The translations under genes were made by a program, and so were the position numbers. A stretch of DNA of 64,000 nucleotides, taken from an uncultured Anaerolineaceae bacterium (GTDB taxonomy: Bacteria; Chloroflexota; Anaerolineae; JAAYZQ01). Position 1 is the stretch's first letter. Every line of letters starts with the position of its first letter. Location of the stretch: NCBI GenBank assembly GCA_964387775.1, contig CAYLZO010000002.1, positions 8,003 to 72,002 of the forward strand, given 5' to 3'. Under the pieces are notes generated by a model. The model searched no databases. It saw only the letters and a list, made by a program, of their open reading frames with translations, and was not told the DNA's origin. Of this stretch, positions 53,428 to 63,622 are shown piece after piece.

Positions 53428-53462
53428 GGGTCTCGCCCCCACCGGCCAGACCCTTAGGGTTT
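53419..53462. terminator. Perfect 15-bp-stem palindrome between convergent genes (bidirectional terminator candidate)
   Basis: aaaccctaagggtct (53419-53433), a 14-nt loop, then agacccttagggttt (53448-53462). The arms contain both stop codons (TAA 53425-53427 on the plus strand and TAA 53456-53454 on the minus strand). Confidence 0.6.
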
Positions 53463-54449
53463 GTTCAGCCGCGCCATCAGCGGCGCGATGAGGGGCTCGA
53501 TGCGGGCGATGGCCTCGGGGTTCTCGCGGCGCCATTTTTCGCGGTCCGGCGCCGAGACGACGTTGATGCGCGGCAGGCCCTCGGCAAAGCGGGCCAGGTT
53601 CGTTTCAAAGTCAATGTCGAGAAAGGCGGCGACCTGGGGCAGCACCGCGCCGGGGTCGGCGATCAGGTCCTCGTAGCGGATGGTCAGATACGGGGCCTGG
53701 CCGGTCTCGCGGTGGGCCAGCACCGCCTCGTTGCAACGGATCCACTGCCAGGCGCAGACCTCCTCCAGGGGGCTATCCGTCAGGTCGTGCCAGCCGGGGA
53801 TGAGGGTGAAGGCCCAGCGGTCGCGGGTGTAGCCGAGGATGTGCAGCGGCTCCGGCACCCGGTAGCCGGGGAAGAGGTGGGGCTGCCGCCAGCCCTCGAT
53901 GAGCGAGTTGACGTTGCTGCGCCCGTCGCGGGTCAGGTAGAGGACGCGGGCGTCGGGAAAGAGGGCCAGCAGAAAGGGCAGCCGCAGGCAGTTCTCGGGC
54001 GTCTTTTCCAGGAGGCGGATCGGCCCGTCGGGCTTGCGGAACGTATTTCGCAGGCGGACCAGGCGGCGGACCGCGTCCAGCCCCTGCTGGGGCAGCGCGC
54101 TGCTGACGCCCGAGCCGGGCTCGGTGGTCCGGCCCCGGCGCTTGACCTGGTGCCACAGACGATTGCCGCGCAGCCAGGCGCGAAAACGGTTGACCCGCTG
54201 CCAGAAGGTGCCCGGCGCCGCCTGGCGCTCGAACTCGGCCAGGATGTAGGCTCGCGACTCGGGGGTCAGGTCGTCGGCGTCGAGGGCGCCCGAATCCCAG
54301 CCTTTCGTGCGGGGATGGTGGTAGCGCTCGATGATGGCCTTGCTCTCGTAGCCGATGGACCACAGCGAGGGCACCTCGGAGAGGATGTTGAACAACAGCG
54401 TCGTGCCCGAGCGCGGGCAGCCGATGACCAGAACCGGTGATTGAATCAT
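53454..54449 (-). CDS. Sulfotransferase-family protein (ST5)
   Basis: MIQSPVLVIGCPRSGTTLLFNIL loop, and LYLTRDGRSNVNSLIEG. Start placed at ATG 54449 with a GAGGTG RBS. Confidence 0.75.
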   Translation of the reverse strand: MIQSPVLVIGCPRSGTTLLFNILSEVPSLWSIGYESKAIIERYHHPRTKGWDSGALDADDLTPESRAYILAEFERQAAPGTFWQRVNRFRAWLRGNRLWHQVKRRGRTTEPGSGVSSALPQQGLDAVRRLVRLRNTFRKPDGPIRLLEKTPENCLRLPFLLALFPDARVLYLTRDGRSNVNSLIEGWRQPHLFPGYRVPEPLHILGYTRDRWAFTLIPGWHDLTDSPLEEVCAWQWIRCNEAVLAHRETGQAPYLTIRYEDLIADPGAVLPQVAAFLDIDFETNLARFAEGLPRINVVSAPDREKWRRENPEAIARIEPLIAPLMARLNKP

Positions 54450-54529
54450 GCGCACCTCAACCGTTTGTTGCCTGATGGGCCGGATGATACTCGACAGGCA
54501 GGCAGATGTCAAGTTGCGGGGAGTACGAG

Positions 54530-55486
54530 ATGTCTGGTTCCAAAAGCCCTATCTTTATCGTCGGCGTGCACCGCTCGGGCACGACGCTGCTGCGCTTCAT
54601 GCTCAGCAGCAGCCCGCGCCTCTACATCCCGCCCGAGTCGGACTTTATCCCGCGCTTTTTCGGTAGCAATCCGACCGGGACGTTGAGCGAGGCGCGCATC
54701 GCCCATCTCCTGGACGTCATCTTTGGCCGCTACCGCCTGGTCAAGGAGTGGCAGGGCGAGCGCCCCACGGTCCAGCAATTCGTCGCGGCGATGCCGGGCC
54801 GGACGCCGGCTGACTTTCTCGACACCCTCTACGGCACCTACGCCCGGCAGCACGGCGCCGCGCGCTGGGGCGACAAGACGCCGATTTACGCCAGCTACGT
54901 GGATCTCATCCACGAGATATTCCCGACAGCCCAGTTCGTGCACATCGTGCGCGACGGGCGCGACGTGGCCCTGTCGATGCTCGACAAGTGGGCGCACGAG
55001 ATCCACATCGACGTCTATTTCTCCACCCGCAACTGGGTGCGCCGCATCCGCCAGGCGCAGGCTTCGGGGGCGCGGCTGGGGCCGGACCTCTACTACGAGC
55101 TGCGCTACGAGGACCTGGTGGCCGACCCCGAGGCAGAGCTGCGGCCCCTGTGTGATTTTTTGGACGAGCCCTTTTTGCCCCAGATGGCCGAGCCGCACCG
55201 CCTGGGCCGCCGGCAATTCGACGAGGGTGACTTTCACGCGGCCCTGCGCCGGCCGCCTAGCACGGCCCGCATCGCCCGCTGGCGAGACGAGATGCCGGCG
55301 CCTGACCAACGCCTCTTCCAGCGCATCGCCGGGCCGCTGCTGGCTGAGCTGGGCTACGAGGTCCCCGACGCGGGGCCGATGCCGCCCGTCGAGTGTCTGC
55401 GCTACGCCGCGTTGGGGCTCAAGTACGCGACCTTGCAGGCCGGCCGCCGCGTCTTGCAGGCATTGGGCCTCGTGCCGCCGATCTAG
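54530..55486 (+). CDS. Sulfotransferase-family protein (ST6)
   Basis: IFIVGVHRSGTTLLRFML loop, WGDKTP, and VHIVRDGRDVALSMLDK. Start placed at ATG 54530 with a GGGGAG RBS. Confidence 0.8.
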   Translation: MSGSKSPIFIVGVHRSGTTLLRFMLSSSPRLYIPPESDFIPRFFGSNPTGTLSEARIAHLLDVIFGRYRLVKEWQGERPTVQQFVAAMPGRTPADFLDTLYGTYARQHGAARWGDKTPIYASYVDLIHEIFPTAQFVHIVRDGRDVALSMLDKWAHEIHIDVYFSTRNWVRRIRQAQASGARLGPDLYYELRYEDLVADPEAELRPLCDFLDEPFLPQMAEPHRLGRRQFDEGDFHAALRRPPSTARIARWRDEMPAPDQRLFQRIAGPLLAELGYEVPDAGPMPPVECLRYAALGLKYATLQAGRRVLQALGLVPPI

Positions 55487-55516
55487 ACCGAGGCGATTGA
55501 CTGGCGGATCTCTTGA

Positions 55517-55600
55517 GGACACGGATTTACACAGATTTCACAGATTGTCTGGCCGAGACGGGGCTGAAAAATCTGTGTGAATCTGTGAGAATCTGTGTCC
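55517..55600. repeat. Small palindromic intergenic element, copy 2 (CAGATT/AATCTG family)
   Basis: Terminal inverted repeats ggacacggatt (55517-55527) and aatctgtgtcc (55590-55600) match 10/11. There are three forward ac(g/a)gatt units and three reverse aatctgt units around a 22-nt spacer. Confidence 0.8.
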
Positions 55601-55637
55601 TAGATCGAATTGACCAGGACAGAAGGGGAGAACTGCC

Positions 55638-56597
55638 ATGACTAACTTGCCGGAACGGCCCTTTTTCGTCGTGGGCAACCCCCGCTCGGGGACCACGCTG
55701 CTGCGCTTCATCCTCAGCAGCCACCCGCGCCTGTACACTCCCTCGGAGACGGGCTTTGTGCCCTTTCTCGGATTCGACGCCGACGCCAGGCTGACGCCGG
55801 CCCAGGCCCGCGCCGTGTTGGCCCGGATCGAGCGGCTGAACCGCGAGTGGGCCGGCCTGGTGGAGGACGTGGGCGCGTTCTACCGCGGACTCCCCGAGCC
55901 GACCCTAGCGCATCTGCTCGACGCGCTCTATCGCCGCAAAATCGCCGGGCAGGACGCCGCGCGCTGGGGCGACAAAACGCCGAGCTACGTCCTGCACGTT
56001 TCCTGGCTCGCCCGCATCTTTCCCACGAGCCAGTTCGTGCACGTCATCCGCGACGGCCGCGACGCGACGCTCTCGGCCCGGAAAAAGTGGGGGCGCTGGT
56101 ACATGGACAACTACTACCTCTTGCGCAACTGGGTCCGCCACGTCGAGGCGGGACGCCGGGCCGGGCGTGCGCTGTCGCCGGAGCGTTACCTGGAGATTCA
56201 CTACGAGGACCTGGTGCGGCAGTCCGAGGCGGTCGTTGCTCAAACCTGCGAGTTTCTGGGCGAAGCGTTCCATCCCGAGATGCTGGATCACACCCAACTG
56301 GCCCGCGAGCAGATCGGGCCACGCGGCCACGTCGAGGTTCGTAAGCCGATCTCGACGGCGAGCGTGGCGCGCTGGAAGACGGATATGTCGGATTCCGACA
56401 AGAGAGTGGCCGACCGGGTGGCTGGTCCGACCCTGACCGCCTGTGGCTACGAACTCTCGGGCTTGGGGCCGCCGACCGGCAGCGAACGGCTCAAATTCAT
56501 GCTTCTTGCATCCAAATACGTCCTGGTCCAGGCCGGCCGCCAGGCGCTCACGCGGCTGGGATGGCTGACGCTCAACCGCGGCAAGCGAAGCGGGTGA
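55638..56597 (+). CDS. Sulfotransferase-family protein (ST7), paralogue of ST6
   Basis: FFVVGNPRSGTTLLRFIL loop, WGDKTP, and VHVIRDGRDATLSARKK. Collinear with ST6. Confidence 0.8.
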   Translation: MTNLPERPFFVVGNPRSGTTLLRFILSSHPRLYTPSETGFVPFLGFDADARLTPAQARAVLARIERLNREWAGLVEDVGAFYRGLPEPTLAHLLDALYRRKIAGQDAARWGDKTPSYVLHVSWLARIFPTSQFVHVIRDGRDATLSARKKWGRWYMDNYYLLRNWVRHVEAGRRAGRALSPERYLEIHYEDLVRQSEAVVAQTCEFLGEAFHPEMLDHTQLAREQIGPRGHVEVRKPISTASVARWKTDMSDSDKRVADRVAGPTLTACGYELSGLGPPTGSERLKFMLLASKYVLVQAGRQALTRLGWLTLNRGKRSG

Positions 56598-56622
56598 CAC
56601 TGGCTCCCAGGCAAAACCACAA

Positions 56623-56651
56623 TTCGCGCTTTTGGCGAAATGTGCTATAAT
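56623..56651 (+). promoter_or_regulatory. Possible extended -10 promoter upstream of the GT1 gene
   Basis: TGcTATAAT (hexamer 56646-56651) with a weak -35 TTCGCG 17 nt upstream. It has the same gtgcta(c/t)aatg core as the 51.4-kb promoter. Confidence 0.3.
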
Positions 56652-56693
56652 GGGGCGCGTCTGTCCTGGCGGGGATGGACCTTGAGGGGGGGG

Positions 56694-57881
56694 ATGCGGA
56701 TTCTGTGTCTGACGTCTCGCTTGCCCTATCCGCCCAACCGGGGCGACCGGCTGCGAGCGTTCCATTTTATCGAGCATCTGGCACAGGAACACGAACTGAG
56801 CCTGGTGTCGTTCGTCGCCAGCGAGTCAGAGCGGGCGCACGTGGCGCCCCTGTTGGATCATTGCCAGCAGGTTCATGTGCTGCGGATGGACGCCCGGCGC
56901 TCGGCACTGGCCGTGTCGGCCAACTTTTGGCGGCGCGAGCCACTGCAAGCGCTCTACTACCGCTCGCGGGCGATGCAGCGCCTGGTGGATCGCACCTTAG
57001 CAGAAAATGAATTTGACGTAATCTACGTGCACCTCTTTCGGATGGCGCCCTACGTGGCCCACCGCCCGGACCTGTACCGCGTCGTGGACCTGACCGACGT
57101 GATTTCGCAGGAGGTGGTCCGCTCTTTGCCCTACCGGGGGCTGCCCTGGCGCTTGCTTTACCGCTTTGAGCGGCCGCGCATCGAGCGCTACGAGCGCTAC
57201 GTGGCTGAGACGTTTGAGGAGACGTGGCTTATCTCCGAGGCGGACCGGCAGGTACTGGCCGCGGCCTGCCCTTCGGCCCACATCCGCGTGGTGCCCAATG
57301 GCGTGGACGCGGATTATTTCCACCCCACCGGCCAGCCCGCCGAGCCGGATAGCCTGGTGTTCGTCGGGCACCTGCGCGTCTTTCACAACGTGGATGCCGC
57401 CACGCACCTGGTCCACGACGTGCTGCCGCTGGTGCGAGAGCGGGTTCCGGGTTGCACGCTGACCATCGTCGGCGCCAATCCCGCCCCCCAGGTCGAGCGG
57501 CTGGGCGATGTGCCGGGCGTTGAGGTGACGGGCTTTGTGCCCGACCTGAACGACTATTTGAACCGGGCGGCCGTCTTTTGCGCGCCACTCCGTTTTGCGG
57601 CCGGGGTGCAGAACAAGGTCCTGGAGGCGATGGCCGCCGGCCGGCCGGTGGTGACCACGTCGGTGGTCAACGCCGGGCTCGGTGCCCGGGCCGGCGAAGA
57701 GGTCCTGGTCGCCGACGATGCCGCAACGACGGCGGTCCACGTCGTGGCCCTGTTGCGCGACCCTGACCTGCGGGCGCGCCTCGGCCGCGCGGGGCGGCGC
57801 TTTGTACGCCGCACCTACGACTGGGCCCACGCCGTGCGACGCATGAACGAGATCGAGGAATCACTGGCAAAGCGTACCTGA
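56694..57881 (+). CDS. Group 1 glycosyltransferase (resembles the EpsH1/PEP-CTERM-associated sugar transferase family)
   Basis: MRILCLTSRLPYPPNRGDRLRAFHFIEHL N-terminus (family signature as recalled). C-terminal GVQNKVLEAMAAGRPVVTT. Confidence 0.7.
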   Translation: MRILCLTSRLPYPPNRGDRLRAFHFIEHLAQEHELSLVSFVASESERAHVAPLLDHCQQVHVLRMDARRSALAVSANFWRREPLQALYYRSRAMQRLVDRTLAENEFDVIYVHLFRMAPYVAHRPDLYRVVDLTDVISQEVVRSLPYRGLPWRLLYRFERPRIERYERYVAETFEETWLISEADRQVLAAACPSAHIRVVPNGVDADYFHPTGQPAEPDSLVFVGHLRVFHNVDAATHLVHDVLPLVRERVPGCTLTIVGANPAPQVERLGDVPGVEVTGFVPDLNDYLNRAAVFCAPLRFAAGVQNKVLEAMAAGRPVVTTSVVNAGLGARAGEEVLVADDAATTAVHVVALLRDPDLRARLGRAGRRFVRRTYDWAHAVRRMNEIEESLAKRT

Positions 57882-57902
57882 CGTAGGAGAGAAGAAGCCT
57901 GT

Positions 57903-60900
57903 ATGCGAACGAAATTGAGTCTTTTTTGTGACAAGATCATCGAGGCGGGCTGGCTGGCGGCACTGATCATCGTGCCCCTCTTTTTCAACATCTACTCCCA
58001 GCGCGTCTTTGAGCCCGACAAGCTGTCTCTGCTGCGTTCCCTCGCCCTGGTGATGAGCACGGCCTGGGTCATCCGCGTCGTCGAAGACTGGCGCTCCGGC
58101 GCGGAGCGAAACGATGACCAGCCCTCATTCTGGCAGCGCGTGGTCAAGACGCCTATGGTGCTGCCTACGCTCTTGCTTGTTTTGGTCTACCTCGTCAGCA
58201 CGGTCCTCTCGGTGACGTGGAAGGTCAGCTTGCTGGGCTCCTACCAGCGCTTGCAGGGCACCTATACCACCTTTTCCTACATCGTCATCTTTTTCCTGAT
58301 GCTCGATGGCTTGCGCAACCGGCGCCAACTCGATCGCATCATCACTCTTGTGGTCATTGTGAGCTTTCCCATCGCCATGTACGGCCTGGTCCAGCACTTT
58401 GGCCTCGACCCCCTGCCCTGGGGCGGGGACGTGAAGCGGCGCGTGGCCTCCAATATGGGCAACGCCATCTTTGTCTCCGCCTACATGATCATGATCTTGC
58501 CCCTGACCCTCTCGCGTCTGCTGGAAAATTGGAAAAGCGTCGTCGGCGACGTCGAGACGCGGGACGGCATCCTGGGCGTGGTCGCTTTTGTCGTCCTGGT
58601 CGCCGCCCTGTTGGTCGGCATGCTGGTGCGCCGGGGCGAGAGCGTCATCTGGCTGCGCTGGGCGGCTTTGGCGGTGGGCGTCGCTCTCCAGGTGCCCATC
58701 TATCTCCTCAGTCCCGCCGAGCGCCGCTCCAAGGTGCTCTCGATCTCGCTGCCGCTGACCTTTGCCTTTCTCGTCGGCTTTTCCTGGGTCCTGGAACTCT
58801 TTTTCCCGCCCGAGGCCGGGGGCACCATCGACCGCTACTTCTGGCTGGGATTGGGCGCGGCCGGGGTCTTTGTTTTGGCCATGGTGGCCTTTGCCTACTA
58901 CCTGCGCAAGCCGGTCGCTCGCCTGCTGCTCCTTTCGTGCTACGCCGTCATCCTCATCGCCCAGTTGGTCATGATCTTCTATACCCAGAGCCGGGGTCCG
59001 CTACTCGGGCTCCTGGCCGGTGTCTTTGCCTACTTTGCCCTGTTGGGCGTCATTCGCCGGCGGGTCTGGCTGCCGTGGTTGATGACGGCTGGTGCAGTGG
59101 GATTGGGCGTTTTTCTCATCGCGTTCAACACCGTCGAGTCGCCCTTTTTCGATAGGCTGCGCGAGACGCCCTACGTCGGGCGCCTGGGCAAAGTCTTGCA
59201 GACCGAGGAAGGCACGGGCAAGGTTCGCGTCCTCATCTGGGAGGGCGTGACGAACATGATCGACTGGCACGAGCCGCTGGAGGCGCCCGTGGACGACTGG
59301 GAGGACCCCTACAACGCCATCCGGCCCATCGTCGGCTACGGGCCAGAGTCGATGTATGTGGCCTACAACCGCTTCTACCCGCCCGACCTGGCCCACTATG
59401 AAAAGCGCAACGCCTCGCCCGACCGCTCTCACAACGAGACCTTTGACTCGCTGGTTATCACCGGCGGGATTGGCTTTGTCATCTATATGCTGGTCTTTTC
59501 CAGCGTCTTCTACTTCGGCTTGAAGTGGCTGGGTCTCATCCGTGAGCGCTGGCAGACGATCCTCTTCGTTGCCCTCTGGATCGGGGGCGGGATCGCCGGC
59601 GCCATCGGGACTTGGGCCTGGCGGGGGCCGGTCTATGTAGGGGTCGGCATCCCTGGCGGGGTGATGCTCGGTCTTGGCCTCTATGTCTTTATCGAGGTCC
59701 TGCTGGCGACGTTTAGGCCCCAGGCGCAACGCCCGGCGACGGGGCGCTACTCGATCTGGATCTTGGCCCTCTTTGCCGCCATCATGGCCCACTTTGTCGA
59801 GATCCATTTTGGCATCGCCATCGCTGCCACGCGGACCTACTTTTGGATCTATACCGCGCTGCTGGTCGTGATCGGCAGCCGCCTGGTGACGCTGCCGGCC
59901 GGTGGGGAAGAACCCGCTGCCGAAGCCGTGGCCCAAGAGGAACCTTCTCAACCCCGGCGGCGCCGACGTCGCAGATCGTCGCCCCGGCGCCAGCCGCGGA
60001 CATCACGGGCCCACGACTGGCAGGGCTCCCTCCTCGTCTGGAGCTTGCTGGCGATTTTGATCCTCAGCACCATGTTGTTCAATTCGATCACCATCCAGCA
60101 GGGCGATCCGGGTGTGATATTGACCATCCTGAACTCACTCATCGAGGCCCGGGGCCAGCCCTCTCTGGTCATGCTCGTCCTCTTTGTCAGCACCTGGACC
60201 ATGATCGGCCTCGTCGGCCTGGGCGACCTGGCGACGCGCCGCGAATCGGCCGGGAAAGAGCCCGTGGACTGGTTGGCGGCGGCTGGCATCTTTGCCCTGG
60301 TGACCTTTGGCGGCTGGCTCATCTTTGCCCTGCTGCACGCCACGCGCCTCCGGCCGGTGACCATCACCAGCGTCGATGCGCCGAATCCGTTGGCGAATAC
60401 GGTTACGTTCTACTACGTCTTTGCCCTCGTCGTCCTGCTGGCGTTGGCCGGCGTGATGACCTTCCTTTTCCGGCACCGCACCTTGCCCTTCCGCTGGACC
60501 GGCGAGTTGGGCGACATCGGCGTGGTGGCCCTGTCTGTCGTTCTGCCCATTGTCGTCGCGGTGCTGATCTTTGCCACCAACACCAGCATCATCCGTGCCG
60601 ATATCGTCTACAAGCAGGGGCTCAGTGCCGAGAAGGCCCGCCAATGGGACGGGGCCATCTACTTTTACGAAAAGGCCATCGAGATGGCCCGCGAGCAGGA
60701 CTTTTACTACCTCTTTCTGGGGCGGGCCTACATGGAAAAGGGCAAGTCGGCCAAGGGGCAGAATCGTGAGGCCCTGCTCCAGCGCAGCGAGGATGCCCTC
60801 CGCCAGGCCCGGCAGTTGGCGCCCCTCAACACAGACCACTCGGCCAACCTGGCCCGCCTCTACCGGACCTGGGGCGGGCTGAGCCAGGGCGAGGAGCGCA

Positions 60901-62375
60901 GGACGCGCCTCAACAAGGCCCTCGAATTCTACGCCGACGCCACCAGCTTGAGCCCCCACAATGCCCAGCTCTTTAACGAGTGGGGCCAGACCTACTTTGC
61001 CCTGGGGGACGTGGACCAGGCTCAGGAGATGTACGACCGGTCGCTGGCCCTGGACCAGCAGTACGTACAGACCTATCTCCTTCGCGGTGAACTGCACATG
61101 CAGCAGAGCCAGTGGGAGGAGGCCGCTGCCGCCTACGAGCAGGCCATCGAGGTCTCGCCGAAATCGGTGCAGGCCTACAGCGCCCTGGGCTACGTCTTGA
61201 CCCAGTTGCAGGATTTCGAGGGGGCGCTCGATGCCTACCTGCAGACCGTCGAGCTCCAGCCCAACAACTGGAATCACCACAAGAACCTGGCCGTCCTTTA
61301 CAACGAGATGGGCCGGGTGGAGGACGCCGTCCGCGAGGCGACCCAGGCCCTCGAACTGGCGCCGGAGAATCAAAAGCCCCAGCTCCAGAGCTTCCTGGCC
61401 CAACTTCGCCAAACCCAGTCGGCGCTCTCGCCCGAGGATGAGGAGCGGGTGCAGGCGTTGATCGCCCAGGGCCGCGAGCAGTTGGATGCTGAAGAATGGG
61501 ACGCCGCCGAGCAGACCTTCAAGGAGTTGCTGGCCCTCGATCCCAATCACCCCCAGGGCCACAGCGGCCTGGCCTACGTCTATGCCCGGCAGGGCCGCAT
61601 CGACGAGGCCATTGCCCAGAATCTCATCGTGGCCGAGTTGCTGCCCAACGACTATAACAGCCACAAGAACCTGGCCCTTCTCTACCAGCAGCAGGGGGAG
61701 ATTGACAAGGCTATCGCCGCGACCGAGGCCGCCATTGCCCGGGCGCCCGATGCGGAAAAAGAGGCGCTCCAGACCTACCTGGAGCAGCTACAACAGATAC
61801 AGGGACAGTCGCCGCCGGCCGGCGAGACCGACCAGCAGGCCGGTGAACTGGCCCCTGAGGAGAGGAACAACATGTATAATTCGCCACCGCCGCTGGTCAT
61901 CGACCCGGAGAAGGATTACCAGGCGACCATCGTCACCGAGAAGGGCAACGTCGTCGTGGAGCTTTACGACGACCTCGTGCCCAACACCGTCAACAACTTT
62001 GTCTTTTTGGCTCGCGAGGGGTTCTACGACAACACGGTCTTCCACCGGGTGCTGCCCGGCTTCATGGCCCAGGCCGGAGACCCAACCGGCACCGGGATGG
62101 GCGGGCCGGGCTACCGCTTCGCCGACGAGTTCACGCCCGAACTGCGCCACGACGAGCCCGGGACACTCTCCATGGCCAACGCCGGGCCGAACACCAATGG
62201 CAGCCAGTTCTTTATCACCTACGACGCGACGCCCTGGCTGGACGACCGCCACGCCGTGTTCGGCCAGGTGATCGAGGGCATGGAGGCCCTGCAATCACTG
62301 ACGCCCCGCGATCCCCAGCAGAATCCCGATTTTGCGGGTGACGAGATCCTGACGATCCTCATCCAGGAGCAGTAG
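57903..62375 (+). CDS. Fusion protein: Wzy/O-antigen-ligase-like multi-pass membrane domain - TPR repeats - cyclophilin-type PPIase
   Basis: 1490 aa. Wzy_C-like motif [21 protein letters not shown] with about 20 hydrophobic helices. Arg-rich insert [16 protein letters not shown]. About 10 TPR-like repeats (A..YE.AIE..P.....Y..LG). C-terminal cyclophilin domain: [31 protein letters not shown] ... [19 protein letters not shown]. Confidence 0.85.
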   Translation: MRTKLSLFCDKIIEAGWLAALIIVPLFFNIYSQRVFEPDKLSLLRSLALVMSTAWVIRVVEDWRSGAERNDDQPSFWQRVVKTPMVLPTLLLVLVYLVSTVLSVTWKVSLLGSYQRLQGTYTTFSYIVIFFLMLDGLRNRRQLDRIITLVVIVSFPIAMYGLVQHFGLDPLPWGGDVKRRVASNMGNAIFVSAYMIMILPLTLSRLLENWKSVVGDVETRDGILGVVAFVVLVAALLVGMLVRRGESVIWLRWAALAVGVALQVPIYLLSPAERRSKVLSISLPLTFAFLVGFSWVLELFFPPEAGGTIDRYFWLGLGAAGVFVLAMVAFAYYLRKPVARLLLLSCYAVILIAQLVMIFYTQSRGPLLGLLAGVFAYFALLGVIRRRVWLPWLMTAGAVGLGVFLIAFNTVESPFFDRLRETPYVGRLGKVLQTEEGTGKVRVLIWEGVTNMIDWHEPLEAPVDDWEDPYNAIRPIVGYGPESMYVAYNRFYPPDLAHYEKRNASPDRSHNETFDSLVITGGIGFVIYMLVFSSVFYFGLKWLGLIRERWQTILFVALWIGGGIAGAIGTWAWRGPVYVGVGIPGGVMLGLGLYVFIEVLLATFRPQAQRPATGRYSIWILALFAAIMAHFVEIHFGIAIAATRTYFWIYTALLVVIGSRLVTLPAGGEEPAAEAVAQEEPSQPRRRRRRRSSPRRQPRTSRAHDWQGSLLVWSLLAILILSTMLFNSITIQQGDPGVILTILNSLIEARGQPSLVMLVLFVSTWTMIGLVGLGDLATRRESAGKEPVDWLAAAGIFALVTFGGWLIFALLHATRLRPVTITSVDAPNPLANTVTFYYVFALVVLLALAGVMTFLFRHRTLPFRWTGELGDIGVVALSVVLPIVVAVLIFATNTSIIRADIVYKQGLSAEKARQWDGAIYFYEKAIEMAREQDFYYLFLGRAYMEKGKSAKGQNREALLQRSEDALRQARQLAPLNTDHSANLARLYRTWGGLSQGEERRTRLNKALEFYADATSLSPHNAQLFNEWGQTYFALGDVDQAQEMYDRSLALDQQYVQTYLLRGELHMQQSQWEEAAAAYEQAIEVSPKSVQAYSALGYVLTQLQDFEGALDAYLQTVELQPNNWNHHKNLAVLYNEMGRVEDAVREATQALELAPENQKPQLQSFLAQLRQTQSALSPEDEERVQALIAQGREQLDAEEWDAAEQTFKELLALDPNHPQGHSGLAYVYARQGRIDEAIAQNLIVAELLPNDYNSHKNLALLYQQQGEIDKAIAATEAAIARAPDAEKEALQTYLEQLQQIQGQSPPAGETDQQAGELAPEERNNMYNSPPPLVIDPEKDYQATIVTEKGNVVVELYDDLVPNTVNNFVFLAREGFYDNTVFHRVLPGFMAQAGDPTGTGMGGPGYRFADEFTPELRHDEPGTLSMANAGPNTNGSQFFITYDATPWLDDRHAVFGQVIEGMEALQSLTPRDPQQNPDFAGDEILTILIQEQ

Positions 62376-62419
62376 CGCAAAATGGCATTTTGCGCTACAG
62401 GGCGCCCCCGGAGCCGTAT

Positions 62420-63466
62420 ATGACGACGACTTTCATGCTCATCTTTGCCAGCGCGTTGGTGCTGGCCATCGGGGGCACCCCCCTGGCCCGCCGCTTTGCG
62501 CTGCGCCTCGACTTGACCGACAAACCCAGCGCCCGCAAGCTCCACGTCAGTCCCATCCCCCTGCTGGGCGGAGTGGCCATCTATGCGGCCTTTATCGCTG
62601 CCGTGCTGCTCTTCGGCAACCGCTTTCGCCTCGACGAGTTGGTCAGCATCCTGGTCGGCGCCAGCCTCATGTCCTTTCTCGGCGTCTGGGACGACCGCCG
62701 CAGCCTGAGCCCCCTGCTCAAGCTGGTCGGCCAGTTCGCCGCGGCCTCGATCCTGATCTTTACCGGCGTGCGCATCGGCACGTTCGTCTGGGAGCCGCTG
62801 AACGTCGTCGTCACCCTGGGCTGGGTGGTGGTTATCACCAACGCCCTGAACTTGCTGGACAACATGGACGGGCTGTCGGGCGGCGTGGGCGCGGCGGCGG
62901 CCGTCTTTTTCCTGCTGCTGGCGGCCATGAACGGCCAATATCTGGTCGGCGCGCTGTCGGCGGCGCTGGTGGGCGCCTGCCTGGGTTTCTTGATCTACAA
63001 CTTTAACCCGGCCAGCATTTTCATGGGCGACGCCGGCAGCCTCTTCCTGGGCTTTATCCTGGCGGCGACGGCCATCAAGCTCCGTTTCCCGGACAACGTC
63101 GAGATGGTGACCTGGATGGTGCCGGTCCTCATCCTGGGTCTGCCCCTGTTCGACACGACGCTCGTCATCGTCTCCCGGCTGCGGCGGGGCTTCAACCCCC
63201 TGACTACGCCGGGCAAGGACCACGTCTCCCATCGCCTGGTGGCCCTGGGCTACACCCGGCGCGAAGCGGTGCTCATCTGTTACCTCGCTTGCGCCGGGCT
63301 GGGCGTGCTGGCCCTCTTTGTGACGCAGGCCGGCATCGTCGAGGGCTACGTGGTTGGGGGCAGCGTGGCTGCGTTTGCTGCCTGGGCCTTGTGGCGGCTG
63401 GAGCAGGTGGATTTTCCGGGGAAAGAGGTGCGGGGGAAATTCTTGCGACGGAGACAGGTACATTGA
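62420..63466 (+). CDS. Polyprenyl-phosphate N-acetylhexosamine-1-phosphate transferase (MraY/WecA family)
   Basis: [17 protein letters not shown] and [19 protein letters not shown]. Start placed at ATG 62420 with a GGAG RBS. Confidence 0.85.
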   Translation: MTTTFMLIFASALVLAIGGTPLARRFALRLDLTDKPSARKLHVSPIPLLGGVAIYAAFIAAVLLFGNRFRLDELVSILVGASLMSFLGVWDDRRSLSPLLKLVGQFAAASILIFTGVRIGTFVWEPLNVVVTLGWVVVITNALNLLDNMDGLSGGVGAAAAVFFLLLAAMNGQYLVGALSAALVGACLGFLIYNFNPASIFMGDAGSLFLGFILAATAIKLRFPDNVEMVTWMVPVLILGLPLFDTTLVIVSRLRRGFNPLTTPGKDHVSHRLVALGYTRREAVLICYLACAGLGVLALFVTQAGIVEGYVVGGSVAAFAAWALWRLEQVDFPGKEVRGKFLRRRQVH

Positions 63467-63503
63467 TGGCTCTTTTTCCTTGTCCTTATCTGAATGGGGA
63501 CGT

Positions 63504-63611
63504 ATGGAAACGACCTTAACTTTTGAATATGATCGTGACGCTGATATTCTTTATATCGTGGCTGCTCACCTGCGTCTGGTCACATCCGAGCCCCTGGTTT
63601 CATCTTTGTGA
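63504..63611 (+). pseudogene. Possible DUF2283-like remnant (35 codons)
   Basis: METTLTFEYDRDADILYI resembles the N-terminus of DUF2283 proteins but is about half their length. It lies in an AT-richer spacer. Confidence 0.3.
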
Positions 63612-63622
63612 GGGTTACAACC

